DNA of 63,467 nt, counting the filler, from Choristocarpus tenellus KU-1152 (taxonomy: Eukaryota > Protista > Phaeophyceae): NCBI GenBank assembly GCA_964200185.2. It is 14 parts of 14 records of this genome, joined end to end, with 100 filler letters (N's around TTAATTAATTAA, not from the genome) between each part and the next. Parts side by side here need not be neighbours in the genome. Positions count along the whole stretch, not along the records: positions 35,802 to 38,344 come from CAXNAD020026903.1; positions 38,445 to 42,902 come from CAXNAD020014459.1; positions 43,003 to 46,022 come from CAXNAD020022886.1; positions 46,123 to 51,710 come from CAXNAD020010327.1; 10 more parts are not named here. One strand, written 5' to 3'. The notes under the pieces were generated by a model. The model was given only the letters and a program-made list of their open reading frames with translations. It had not been told where the DNA came from and did not search any database. The stretch's first letter is position 1. The number at the start of each line of letters is the position of its first letter. A program made the position numbers and the translations under genes. Shown piece by piece: positions 36,102-48,034 of the stretch.

Positions 36102-38286
36102 ATGGATTCAGGAACAAAGGAAAATTATCTGAGGGCCTCCAAGAATTCGCCCAAGATAAACCTACAAAAATCGGGGGGGTTCTTAAATTTAACCGGAACC
36201 ATAATCAATATGGAACAAGAATCGAGAGCCAGCGCTGCACGAGCCAACCAAAAGCAGAGGCTGACATTGAAAGACTGGCATAACATATTAGGTCACATCA
36301 ACCCTTCAGCTATCAAGCACCTCGAGAAGCGCGGACTGTTGGAGATCACCGATGCTACTGTGGCGTCAGAACTGCAATGTGAGACCTGCAAGGAATGCAA
36401 GTCCGAGACCCTAAGCTATCAACGGGGTGGCAGGACCCCCAAGCAGCCCGGCGAGGTTGTCCACACAGATTTGGCGGTACCTTTTAAAGCAAACATCACT
36501 GGCCACCATTATTTTCAGGTGTTTGTTGACGAGAGCAGCAGAGACAAGAGGGTGTATGGATTGAAGACAAAAAACGCAGCGACGGATGCAACCGCTGTTT
36601 ATATCGACCAGATGGCCAGGAAAGGTATACCAGTCAAATGCATCAGTGGGGATGGTGCTGGCGTGCTTGGGAGATCGGTGAAGTCCCAAAGGATGCTGGC
36701 GAACAACGGTACCCGATTGAGGAATCTCCACCAAGAACACCACAGGGCAATGGAATCGCCGAAAGGGCGATAAAGCAACTCATGGGGGCAGCAAGGAGTA
36801 AACTGGTAAAAGCTGGGCTGGGCGACGAGTATTGGTTCTTTGCCATCACGGACGCCGCCTTCAAGACTGGAGGCATGCCACGCGAATACCTGGGAGGAGA
36901 GACGCCATGCGAGCGTCTAACAGGTAAATCGTTCAACTACGATAGGCTTCGGGCCTGGGGGAGCGAGTGTTATGTTCATCAGGACGAGCAGCAGAGAGGG
37001 GCCAGCGCAAAGTTCCACCCATACGCCAAGAGAGGTAAAATAATGGGACATGACCGCACATCATTATGCTGGCACATCTGGCTTCCTCAAGAGGCCAAGT
37101 TGGTAACCTCAGCCCACGTGACGTTCGAGCCAGACGAACATATCATGGACTTCGTGGGGGAGAGAGAGACCATGACTTCGACGGACGATGAAGAAATTTC
37201 TGAGACTGAAGACGACTCTGATCGGGATTTTGATGTTGCAGTCGATCCGATACCCCAAGCAACAGGCGTTGGGAAGAACTCAAGTTCACCTAGTGGACAA
37301 CGGAGGTCAGCTAGGATAGCTGAACAACCCAGGGTGGACTACAGGGGTTTACACTCTGGAGATACAGAAGAACTGGGAGAGAATATAGTGAATCTGCTCA
37401 GATCAAGCACGGATGATGCCTACTGTTTGATGGGCATAGCAGGTGACATCTCAATAGGCCACCAGCAGCGATCAACCATCGCAGAAGCCCTCGCAGGGCC
37501 TGATGCAGAACACTGGAAGAAGGCAATGGAACAAGAAATGGAGGGCCAACGAACCAAAGGAACCTTCCATGAGGGAGAGAGTCTGCCACCAGGGAGGAGA
37601 CCCGTCAAAATCAGAATAATATTCAAAATAAAAAGGACTGCACATGGAGATATCGAAAGATACAAGGCCAGGCTGGTGGCACGGGGCTTTTCCCAACAAG
37701 AAGGGGTGGACTACTTCAGCACGTTTAGTCCAGTGGTGGGATTTGACGTGGTTCGAGCAGTCCTGGCTACAGCAGCTAACAGAAACTGGATCATCAACTC
37801 CCTGGACTTCACTCAAGCCTACCTGAACGCACCACTTCCTGAAGATGTATGGCTACAACTCCTCAATGGATCCATCGTAAAAGCTGCCAGGGCCATCTAT
37901 GGCCTTAGGCAATCAGCAATGGAGTGGTACAAGGAGCTAAAGGGGACAATTTTAGCTGAGGGGTGGAGTGTTAGCGACTTTGATGCCTGGTTGTATGTCA
38001 AAAGGAGTGAAGATGGAAGGGTTGCTGTTCTTTTTCACTATGTGGGTGACATCACAATGACTGGAAACTACCACGAAGAAATAACAAGGACAAAGAACAA
38101 TCTGCTTACCAGGTACGAAGGACGGGACCTCGGGACCCCAGACAAGTTAGTTGGGGTGGCAATCACCAGGGATGAGGTTGGCATCACACTAGACCACCAT
38201 TTCTATGCAGAGAGCATTGTTCAAGAAGGAATGGGATCTGCAGAAGTAAGGAATACCTCATCACCCCTAAACCCAGGAATGGACCT
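36102..38286 (+). mobile_element. Ty1/copia retrotransposon pol (GAG-pre-integrase, integrase, RT), frameshifted and interrupted by a MITE
   Basis: WHNILGHINPSAIKHL...CETCKECK, VHTDL, FVDE, SPPRTPQGNGIAER, WKKAMEQEM, RYKARLVARGFSQQEGVDYFSTFSPV, LDFTQAYLNA, IYGLRQSAMEWY, with IN before RT as in copia. Frameshift near 36720; catalytic YVDD reads YVGD. Confidence 0.95.
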
Positions 38287-38344
38287 GGCTCAAAGTATCT
38301 GGGAGGGGGTGGCGGCTGTCCATATTGAGGTCAATTTTTTCATG
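38287..38344 (+). mobile_element. MITE, type B left end inserted in the copia RT
   Basis: GGCTCAAAGTATCTGGGAGGGGGTGGC... matches the start of the full copy at 63103; the contig ends inside it. Confidence 0.85.
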
Positions 38345-38444
38345 NNNNNNNNNNNNNNNNNNNNNNNNNNNNNNNNNNNNNNNNNNNNTTAATTAATTAA
38401 NNNNNNNNNNNNNNNNNNNNNNNNNNNNNNNNNNNNNNNNNNNN

Positions 38445-38582
38445 GTGTCCATTTGGGTCAAAATCAGGAAAAGTGCATTTACATTATCAATCCGACGCAT
38501 CCAACCAAATCACCCAAAAATCGTGACATTAACAAATTGAACCCAAATGGACAGCCGCCACCCCCCCCAGATACTTTGAGTC
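38445..38582 (-). mobile_element. MITE, type B partial copy at contig start
   Basis: Reverse-complement match to 63103-63240; ends CCCCAGATACTTTGAGTC. Confidence 0.85.
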
Positions 38583-39396
38583 GGACATCATCCTATTATT
38601 GGCACATCAGCTCAGACATTAAGCGACTCTTTTCCTTCTATTACAGTGTTTTTGAAGATTACAGCGAGATACTAGCTGGGGAAATATTGAGGAGTAATTT
38701 GGAGCACCTTGGGAAAGTTTTGTTAATCTAGAAACCCCCTGAGGCCTATCCCAAATCACAGCAATAGTCAAAGTTCGCTTCAAAGTAATTTGTTGACCTT
38801 GAACGTGTCTTGTTGCATTTTGTGACAATATCGAGTAAGCAAGACTGACATAAAGGTTCTTATCTTATTGTAGTGTTGCATTCTGAGAAACTCAAGGTCG
38901 CCTCTTGAACATATGGGTAGATGTTTAAACCATTTTTAATCATGCAGGCACGTATTTATGACTGCAGAAGTGCGTAGTCAGAATGTGCACATTCTCCTCC
39001 ACAAGTACTGCCAGAGTAGGAGTAGACCGCTTTGAAAATGGGGTTTTCAACACCTTGGATATATTTTCCCATCATTTTGTACAGTATCTTGTCACACTGT
39101 ACAAAAAACAACGTTTGAGGTCTTGGTATGTCTTATGAAAATGATATTTTGACCGCAAACTACTTCAGTGTTTCACATCAGTGATTAGTGTTGAACACTC
39201 AAAAAGGGTAGAATATATATTTTTTCATAAACCACTAAAATCTCACAAATAACCTTTTTGGTGCAGGGAAAGTTTGATGGCTGTCATCCAACAACATTAG
39301 AGACCCCCCAACAGGAGTCAGGCGGTGTCAGAACCCCCTCAGTATCGTGAGTCATGATGTTCTACACTGAAAGAACGCCTTGTCCAAATCCTTTAC

Positions 39397-42300
39397 CTTA
39401 GAGTCTTCAATCAAACGCACTCCGAGCTTGAGTCTTTCCGGCCCAGGTGCCGAAGTCTCCCAGACCCTCCTCCTGTTGACCTTTCTCCGACCCAGGACAC
39501 CCCGATACACACGCTGGATCTCCCTTGATGCCAGAGATTGAAGTCTGGTAGAGTTGTACCTGTCAACAGCTGCCTTGCATCGCCACTGCTTCTGTATGCT
39601 CACTGCTGCACTGTTCCTGTTCCTCAGTTCCTCTAAGACTGCTCGCTTGTGCTGTGCAACTTGGCGGCCCATGTATCCACGGAACACTCGCTCCAATGTC
39701 GATGCTGCAAGCTCTTGACGCCGCAGCTGAGCCTGCTTCCGCCCCAGCATCCCCCGGAAAGCTCTTTGGAGGCATGCGGCTGAGCTACCCAGCACCAGTT
39801 CCATCCTTGCTTCCTCCCGCATCTGTTCCACCCGCTTTCGATCCAATCTTCCACGGGCAGTTGCCTGTATCCTGATTGTGGCCTTCACACGATTCGTTAT
39901 CTCTTGAAGTTGTAAGTACCTCAGTTGCGCTCTGCGCCGCCCTAGGTATCCCCTTACCACAGGCTGCACTCGCAATAATGCCAGCTCCTTGGCCCTTCTG
40001 ATGTCGCTCTCTGCTGTAACCAAGAGGGCATGTTTTCCAAATTCTTGGGATTTCTTGAGGTCTGTGGGCTCCCATTTATCACCTTTCAAGCCTTTCCTTG
40101 CAAATCGCATTTCTTCCTCATCTCGTTGGATGTCCCTAAAAATAGAGTCCATGTCCTTACTATGCTGGAAAATCTGTGGGAGGTCATTTTCTGCTCTGTA
40201 CTCTAGTGGTGGCATAGCCTGAATAGGTTCTTTGGTGTTTGACGTTGCTGCCACGGAAACTGCCGAGGGGGCTGCCCCTGAGCGCACAATTTGGTCATCC
40301 AAGACTGTTGTATAAACTGCCCGCTGCATGTCGCTCAGAACACGATTATCCCGAACAGTGGACAGTTCATGCTCAAGGGTGGCTAACATGGCCCTGTCCT
40401 CTGCAGCAAAGGATTCCCTTCTTCTCTTTTGTGCTCTGTCGATGTTTGTAAGCAGCTCCTCTCCCCGTTTTTCATTCTCCTGCCGCTTCTCTTCCTGTCG
40501 TGTCCTGACTTGTGCTAGACGTTTCTCTAGGCAAATTTCTGCTGCCAGGAAATCAAGTGAGACTGGTGATTCAGACAAGCCCCTCCTCAATTTTCCCTGC
40601 TCACTTCTCCCCTGCCCCTCCTCAACCCTATTCAAGCACCTATCCCTGGTCCAACTCCTCTCTCGTCGTTGGTCTGGGTTGGATGTTGGGTGATCAATTG
40701 AAAGCTCACCCAAGTTTAAGCCCCCTGGCTTTGAGGTGAGTACAAATTGAGTGGGAAGCTGTGGACGTTCCATCTGCTGCATCACGGGGGACTGGAGCGC
40801 TGAATCTAGGACCGCAGCTGGGTTTGCAGATTGTGATGCATCTGGGGCTAGTGAAGTTGTGGCAGGATAGAGGTCCACCGCAGCAAGGAAGGATGAGTGC
40901 TCACCCAGTTCATTCCTACCCGTGGACATCTTCAATGAACCTGAGGTTATGTGTGCAAATGACTCCACCACGTTGTCATCAAGGTCAGGATCTGAAGTTT
41001 GTAATACTTCACCATAAGAGTCCAGATAATTGACTTGTTCCTCCTTTATTGCAGGGCTTAGTCGAATACTCTCCTTACTCTGTTCACTCTTATTAATCTG
41101 TTCATTGTCTATTGGCCTTCCTTGTCCACATTTAGCATTATTGGACATCACTTCACTTTGTGCTTCTGCCTTTGGCATGAATCCTGCAGTTCCATCTTTC
41201 TCTTGATTTATTGCTGCCCTAAGGTGAGCTGGTCCAGAACCTGCTCTAGGACTGAATTGAAGTCTTTTGTCCTTCGGTCTTCTCGGTTCTTGTCCACCTT
41301 GTTGTGGTCCCCCAACCTTGCCCATTTGTCTCCTCTTGATGACGCTTGTGGTTGAGGGGGGGCTACTCCCATCTGAGCAAGTTGTGAGGACACACGGGAT
41401 TGATTCTTCCCCAGACCACTCCACCTTTTTTTCTGAGGGTTCCCCTAATCCTAACCCCACAGCTGTCTCCCCAGATTTAGTCAAGCTTGTTTCCATGAAA
41501 CCTGTTGTGGCTGATCCTGACATGTCTTGAGTTCCACACTTATGGAGACCTTCATCTTGGTCAGGATCTAGCCCCTTCCCAAGCACTCTGACTTTAGTTT
41601 CCGAAGCTACTGCGACTGGCCAAAGAGCCTGTTCTTGCATTCCTGCCATCCCCATTACCCCTCCTAACCCTGCTACATTATTTTTTTTTTCTGCTCTCAG
41701 CCCATTGCCCACTTCCATTTCCATATCCTTCTCTTCCTCTGCCTTTATCTCTACTTTCTCCTCCATCTTGACCTTCTCGATCTTGACTCGATGTCTTCGT
41801 GGTCGTTTGTGGCAGTTATTCCTTGCATCAGAGTCTGCAGGAGGGTAGAGGTTCAGGGAAGTTTCTTCATGCTGGACAGTCCCAGGTATGGACACTCCTG
41901 TGTATTCTGGAGTAGGCTTCGCCAACGCATCCAGCAGATCCATGACAGCCCTCTTGGCCTCCTGCCGCACCTCATGTCCAGCTGGTACCCATGCCACGAA
42001 AGCCCCATATGGATTTGAGAGTATCCCCATGAGGACTGCGAGCCCCTTGGACCCGTAGACAGACCTCAAATCTCTTTTGTTCCCTTTGTCATATCTATGA
42101 CTTGACGGACTTGCAGGTCCCAGGCTCGAACTGCAGTCTTCTCCTGAAGATGCATTCTCAAACTCATGACTCCAGAAGTGCTTGACAGTTGAACGACCCT
42201 TGAGGAAGGGGTCTACGTTTGCTGGGTTGACCAGCATATCCTCTGTGCCCTGAAGGAGAACCAGTGGAACACTCAGAGATCCCAATTTGTGGCCAAGATC

Positions 42301-42866
42301 TTCGTGCAGTAGAGCGGCTTGACACAAAGTTCGACGGCCCTCAATGGAGATCGGACTTGATACTGCTGTGTAAATGTTCAGAGCTAAGTCCAGGTCTACC
42401 CTTTGGAGGTACTCTTCGCTGAAGATGTACCTTCAAAGGAGAAGGGACATTAAAAGAGAACAGAAGAATTGCTCAGGCCTTAGTAAAGAGGATACAGAGG
42501 AGTCCGGAGTGGAAAGGGAATTGGGGACGAAGGTAGGGGATGCTGAAGTTTCAATATGTGGGCCATCAGAAAAATATGAGGACATGGCCAGAATATCAGA
42601 TACGTATTGGGCATGCGAAGTGATTGGAAGTACAAGGAAAATGCTTTGAAATACCTGGCAAAATATGATACAGGTAGGTCGGGTCTAAGTGGAGGGAAAG
42701 TATTGAATGCGTTGATGGAGGCATGTAGCACGGCAGCAAGCTGTGCATCCACCGCAACAAAGCCATTGAGACTGACAAGAGATCGAAGACTCCCCCGATA
42801 CAATGGGTGACCACTGTAACGCAGAGCAAAGGCGGCAGCAATGGCCACCCCATTGCCAATTCCTAT
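39397..42866 (-). CDS. Large protein: alpha/beta-hydrolase fold, disordered linker, coiled coil and multiple IQ motifs (partial at both ends)
   Basis: Exons 42866-42655 and 42430-39397 (3034 nt, open). Hydrolase-fold motifs IGIGNGVAIAAAFA...LRSLVSLNG, LSVPLVLLQGTEDMLVNP, PAGHEVRQE. IQ motifs VQPVVRGYLGRR, IQATARGRLDRK, LQRAFRGMLGRK, LERVFRGYMGRQ, IQKQWRCKAA, IQRVYRGVLGRR. Confidence 0.88.
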
Positions 42867-43002
42867 CTGCACAGTTGTGGTAGGGAGGGGAGAACAGCCA
42901 GGNNNNNNNNNNNNNNNNNNNNNNNNNNNNNNNNNNNNNNNNNNNNTTAATTAATTAANNNNNNNNNNNNNNNNNNNNNNNNNNNNNNNNNNNNNNNNNN
43001 NN

Positions 43003-44851
43003 CGTGTGCCCCCTGCCTCCTGCCCCCCCTTACACCCCACCTCACCACTACGCACTGCCTCCTGTCTCAAAGCCACAGACGCAGCCCTCGTTGCCCTTCT
43101 GGAACTCTCAACCCCCCCACTCCCACTGCCCAGCCCCTTCCCCACAGCCAAACAATCTTCATCCTCCGAGCCTTGAGGGTGCAGACTGAGACTTTCAAGC
43201 TGTTTCCATGCTGCTGCCGTCTCTCTTCCCTCCTTCCAGTCCCCTGCCATCGCCACCACCGCCACCTCATCTGCTGTAGCACTGCCCTTCCTGCCCCTCA
43301 ACCCAGTGGCGGCCTCAGTAAAATTTAGCCGGTTGGGGTCTGCCGGTGCTTGCGGAGGGATAGAGCCAGTGCAAACGAGGGACGGGGTGACCTTGGAGAT
43401 GGTTTCCCAGTACAGGGAGGCGTTACGGAAGAACTCTCGCTTAAGCTTTTCCCGACGCTTCACCACATCCACAAGCAAGCGGGCTCTGTCCAGCTCCTGT
43501 ATAACCGGAAAACAAAGGAAAAAATAAAAAAAGAAAGCGGTACAAAAAAAAGAAGAAACATGAGGGACAGGATGGAGAGGGAGGCAAAAACTGGAGAAAA
43601 ACAAACTAGGGTACGAATAAAAAAAGGTGTTTCGGATGATAAAAAGAAGAAGAAGACCAGGATACAAGCAGGAGTACTCTATGCACTGCACCGGTGGAGG
43701 CCTTCCACCAAACTCTGGCATACGCCTTCAAAATATATATAGAAAGTCCTTGGTCGTTCTCGGTCCTTACTGTGATTCCGACCACTGGCCACCCTCGGGT
43801 TGGCAGGGAAGGATGCTTCACAAGTCAGAATCTTGACAAAGGAATCTACGGAAAATCATGGAGCTGCCTGAGTGTCCATTCCGTCCCATCCGCCTCTTTC
43901 CTTAATCTTCCGGTTTAGCAACTGCCACAACAGAGTACGGAGACAAGAAACTGTCCAAAAAAGTATACCATATGAAGTTGCACACGCACAGACTGCTTCA
44001 CACCTTGGGAAGGCTTTATCGTACCTGTATAAGTGTAGTCAAAAGTATCAATTTGCACTGCAAAACTCACACCAAGCACCAAGAACAAACAGGCAACTCT
44101 ACACAGCTTGAACGACAGGCGTGATTGGGTGGCGCCATCAATTCTTGCTGGCAAGAATCAAAGTACAAAAAAAAGAAAAGACTCGAGTGCTGCTGCTTAG
44201 ATGAAATCGACCCCCTTGCAACGGACTCCACAGCTTCAAAGTTGTGTTGCCCTCCAGGGGGAAACTGTAAACAGTGCTTACGATTTACTGAGCAACTGAG
44301 CAGCGACTAATCTCTCTCGAAAATTTGCCAACACAAGCTCCATGAACGGCTCAACCACTTGTTGCAGTCTCAACCACTCTTACTCTTCACCTACTCTATG
44401 GGACAATACCAGTATATCCTTTAAGTCGATAATGAGCACGGTGATCAAATCTATAGGCCAGCATTTGGATAGCTCTATGGGAGAGGGGGGGGGAACAAAG
44501 CACGCTAGTGTACAGGAAGGAAAGAGGTAGTGATAACTTCTACACAGGGAGTTCCAGTGGATTCATAAGGTCACATCTTACACTCCATTTCCAAACACAT
44601 CTTATGTTCCATTCAACACACTTGAGTTCTTAGACTAGAAGAAACCAACCCTAACCCCTAAACCCAAATTCAACTTACGCGTATGCTATGGTGTTGAAAA
44701 ATTGCACCAGCGTTTTGCAAAACACCAAAGAGGCGTTGGTTGCGGCTGGTACAGTACAGTACATACATTCACATACCTGTCGAAATTTCTGAAGGGTTTC
44801 GAAAGCCTGGAGGGCTTCTGTCGAGTCTTGCTCCTCCTCCACAAACTCCAC
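43003..44851 (-). CDS. EPC-II-motif chromatin scaffold protein (EPC/BRPF/JADE/Nto1-like), internal exons
   Basis: Exons 44851-44777 and 43496-43003 join as FETLQKFRQ|ELDRARLLVDVVKRREKLKRE, the l..lRqdLeraRlL.e.vrkREKlKre motif of MYST HAT-complex scaffolds. Confidence 0.8.
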
Positions 44852-46334
44852 CTGATCGTATGTACATACAATGTTTACACCACGCATGTATACATGTATG
44901 TACACGTGTGAAGGAAGGGGCAACGGCAGGATATGGGGAGAAACATTGGGATGGACCAGAATGTGAGGGACAGGAGAGGTGGTCAGAAGGAACGTGGAGG
45001 AGTATGGCAGCTGTCTCACGTCACTATCCTGTCCACAGTTGTGGAATACTATTGATACAAAAACGAATTTTGTAGGACAAGAGCACCATATCCTATCGCC
45101 TGAAAATGTGCCATGCAAATGATCAAATCGGTCTAAGAGTGCCTGCTTGGACATGGTACTGCACCCCCAAATCTTATTATTATTACATGCATCACTAAGG
45201 GCATCCCTTGCCTTACACACGGGGAAAGAGCCGGTGAGTAACACTGGGGGCAACACACACACACACACAAAAAACAAACAAACAACAACCACCAAACACA
45301 GATGCTTCCGTAAGAGGGACAGGACACCCTGCAACACTACAAAATAGCTGAAGAAAAAAGAAAAAAACGTTCAACGAGCTTCCATGAGGACACCACGAAA
45401 AAAAAAAATTGTGTATGAGACAAGTAGGATATAGATAGAATGTATTCATGTAGCGCTATAGAACAGAAGTGTGAGCCTTCTATCCTCATCAAACAACGAG
45501 ATTATCGGAGCTTGTTTCGCTGGCTCTACACCTTGCTTTGCTGTACCACTGTTGCTAGCTTATCACACACTCAAATGAACGCGTCTAACCCTAACCCTAA
45601 CTACCCCTGGTTAGACGATAAGCCTACCAAATGGAGGCAGTGTAAAGAGGAGGAGGAGGAGAAGGAGGAGGAAAATCAACTACAAAGTATAAAGGAGAGA
45701 GAGAGAGAGAGAAAGTGTGTGTGTTACCACACATACCTCCCATTTCTTAAAACAAGTTTGTCCTTGATTGACACCTATCCCTGACAAACCTGCGACAAAA
45801 AATCGAACCATTGTCCATTACCACTAGTATTTACTACACTACCTCAAAGCATTCTTCTTTCCAGCATTTCTCATCTTCCAATCTACTACACATATATGCC
45901 CATCCTATTGCTTACAATCATCTACAGAGAGATTTGACAGAAGTACAAGCCTTTCATCACAAAAGAAATGACTGCGATGGGCACTAACATTCCAAACCTC
46001 AACCTCCTTCGCCCTCACCCCCNNNNNNNNNNNNNNNNNNNNNNNNNNNNNNNNNNNNNNNNNNNNTTAATTAATTAANNNNNNNNNNNNNNNNNNNNNN
46101 NNNNNNNNNNNNNNNNNNNNNNGGAGAAAGGGTCAACAGCAGGGGGCAAGGGCAGAGCAAGGAAAGGCAGGGCAAGAACGGGGTAGGAGAGGTCATGGTT
46201 AGATGTGCTCACCAAGGAACACTACTAGAGGTTAAGGGCTCGGTCAGGGGGAGCAACGTTGTGTTTCTTAACCAAATATTACAAAACTGTTCTTGACAAT
46301 CTGATGCAACAACAAGAAGCGAAAGGCCACATAC

Positions 46335-46412
46335 TTCCAGTCCACTCTCAGTTCCAAGAAACGGTTATCTCCCACTTGAGTGCTGAATGCCAGTATATAG
46401 TGTGTGTGCCAC
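46335..46412 (-). CDS. Possible exon of an unidentified gene
   Basis: CACAG/GTATGT-bounded open segment reading WHTHYILAFSTQVGDNRFLELRVDW; no family recognised. Confidence 0.3.
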
Positions 46413-48034
46413 CTGTGATCAGAAGAGGGCATACATACGCCTTGGGGGCCTAATTTTGAGTTGACTTTGAGTTACAATTAAAGTGGTCAAAATCACAACA
46501 CGGTGGTAAGAGTGGGTTACAATATTGCCCCTGTTTGGCAATATAAAACACAGTAGTAACTGGCGGTCAGAATAATGATGGGTTCACTTCAGGGTAATGT
46601 ACAAGAGATATGAGACTGCAAAATGGACGTAAACAGGGCGACATCGGGGGACGTTAATGGTGTGTCAGCCACATGTATCTTGTCAATTGCCATTGCATAT
46701 ACCATGCGCTAGGTGTGTACCTGTCGGTAAGGACACACATAAATCACAAGGTTGAGCTACCGAGGGCTATTCAGCACATATAAACAGAGGAAGTAGAAGG
46801 GTCAGGAGGTCATGGGCTCTTTTTGCAGGATTTACAACAGGGCAACGGAGTCTACCATGTCAAATCATGACAACCAAAGTCTACCGGAAAAATGACCCAG
46901 GATATCAGAAAAGAAAGTTTCCTTAAGCACGCCTTCAATTTATACTTATTGTACTTTGGGGTATCCAAGGTATTTCTGCATAGCGCAGAGTCTCAGAACA
47001 TTCATAAAGCCACGTCGGGGGGTGAAGTGTGGGGGTGTGGGGGGAACGGTAATCAAAGGGTATTGGGCCAAAAGAGAGAACTGTTCCCACGCATCCCCTG
47101 CGCCGCTGCTGATCTCACTGCCACAAGGAAGCAAAACAACCTGCCTGATGGAACATTAAAAAGATCAAGTACACGTTAATAGGTTTATGCTTATTAAAAA
47201 TGCAGTCAAGGTGAAGGGAAAGAACTTTCAAATTGAGGGGTCGGGGGGGACTGCATATGTTTCCATAGCGTTAGCATCAGCACGAAGAGGTCAATCACCA
47301 CCCATGCCTTCAACATGTTTCCCCTCCAAAGCCATCGGAATTTTACTATGCCTGAAAATTAAACTAGGAAGCCTCCAAGCACACCACTACTCTATACCAG
47401 AGAGCAGCACCCTTTCAATAATTTAGTCTCGCTCCTACCCCCTTTTAGGTCTCTCGCCACACCCTTCAACAGCCCTTTGAAGCACACAATGAGCACCTTG
47501 TGCTACATGAGCAGCATGTGTGTGTGATTATGGGAGCCATCTCACTACTACAAAAATTAGTTCACACCGTGTTTTCAAGACAAAGATGACATCTGCTCGC
47601 ACTGAAATTTACACAAGGGTTAAAATATCCCTCTTGCTTGTTAAAGAATATAGCTCGTAAGGCTAATTTGTTTGCTTTGGGGGTGGGATGGGGTGGTGGG
47701 TAAGTGAGGGGATAGATGTGGAAGAACACTAATGTTAAAATGCACCATGTGGAAAACTGATTGAATGAACAATTGTTAGTAGAGCAGTGGAAGGCTTAGC
47801 CACTAGAAGATACCACAGGCAAGCTGAAACAGCATCAACACTGAATGCCATCAACCCCACTCCTACGAAAACTAAACCCTTCAATTAATCCTAAAATAAC
47901 AAAAAAACATTAATAGAATATTACCATAAAGCACAAAATTGACAAGATGTCTGTTCTTTGGCTTCCACCCACTAAGAATCTGGATTCCTCATGAAAACAA
48001 AACATGAAATACCTTTCCTGAACCCCACCAAACG

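Noticed and set aside
38287-38582. MITE halves on both sides of the spacer as one element, implying true adjacency
   Set aside because: Both pieces are the same end of the element in opposite orientations and the flanks differ (ACCT versus GGAC), so they are separate copies.
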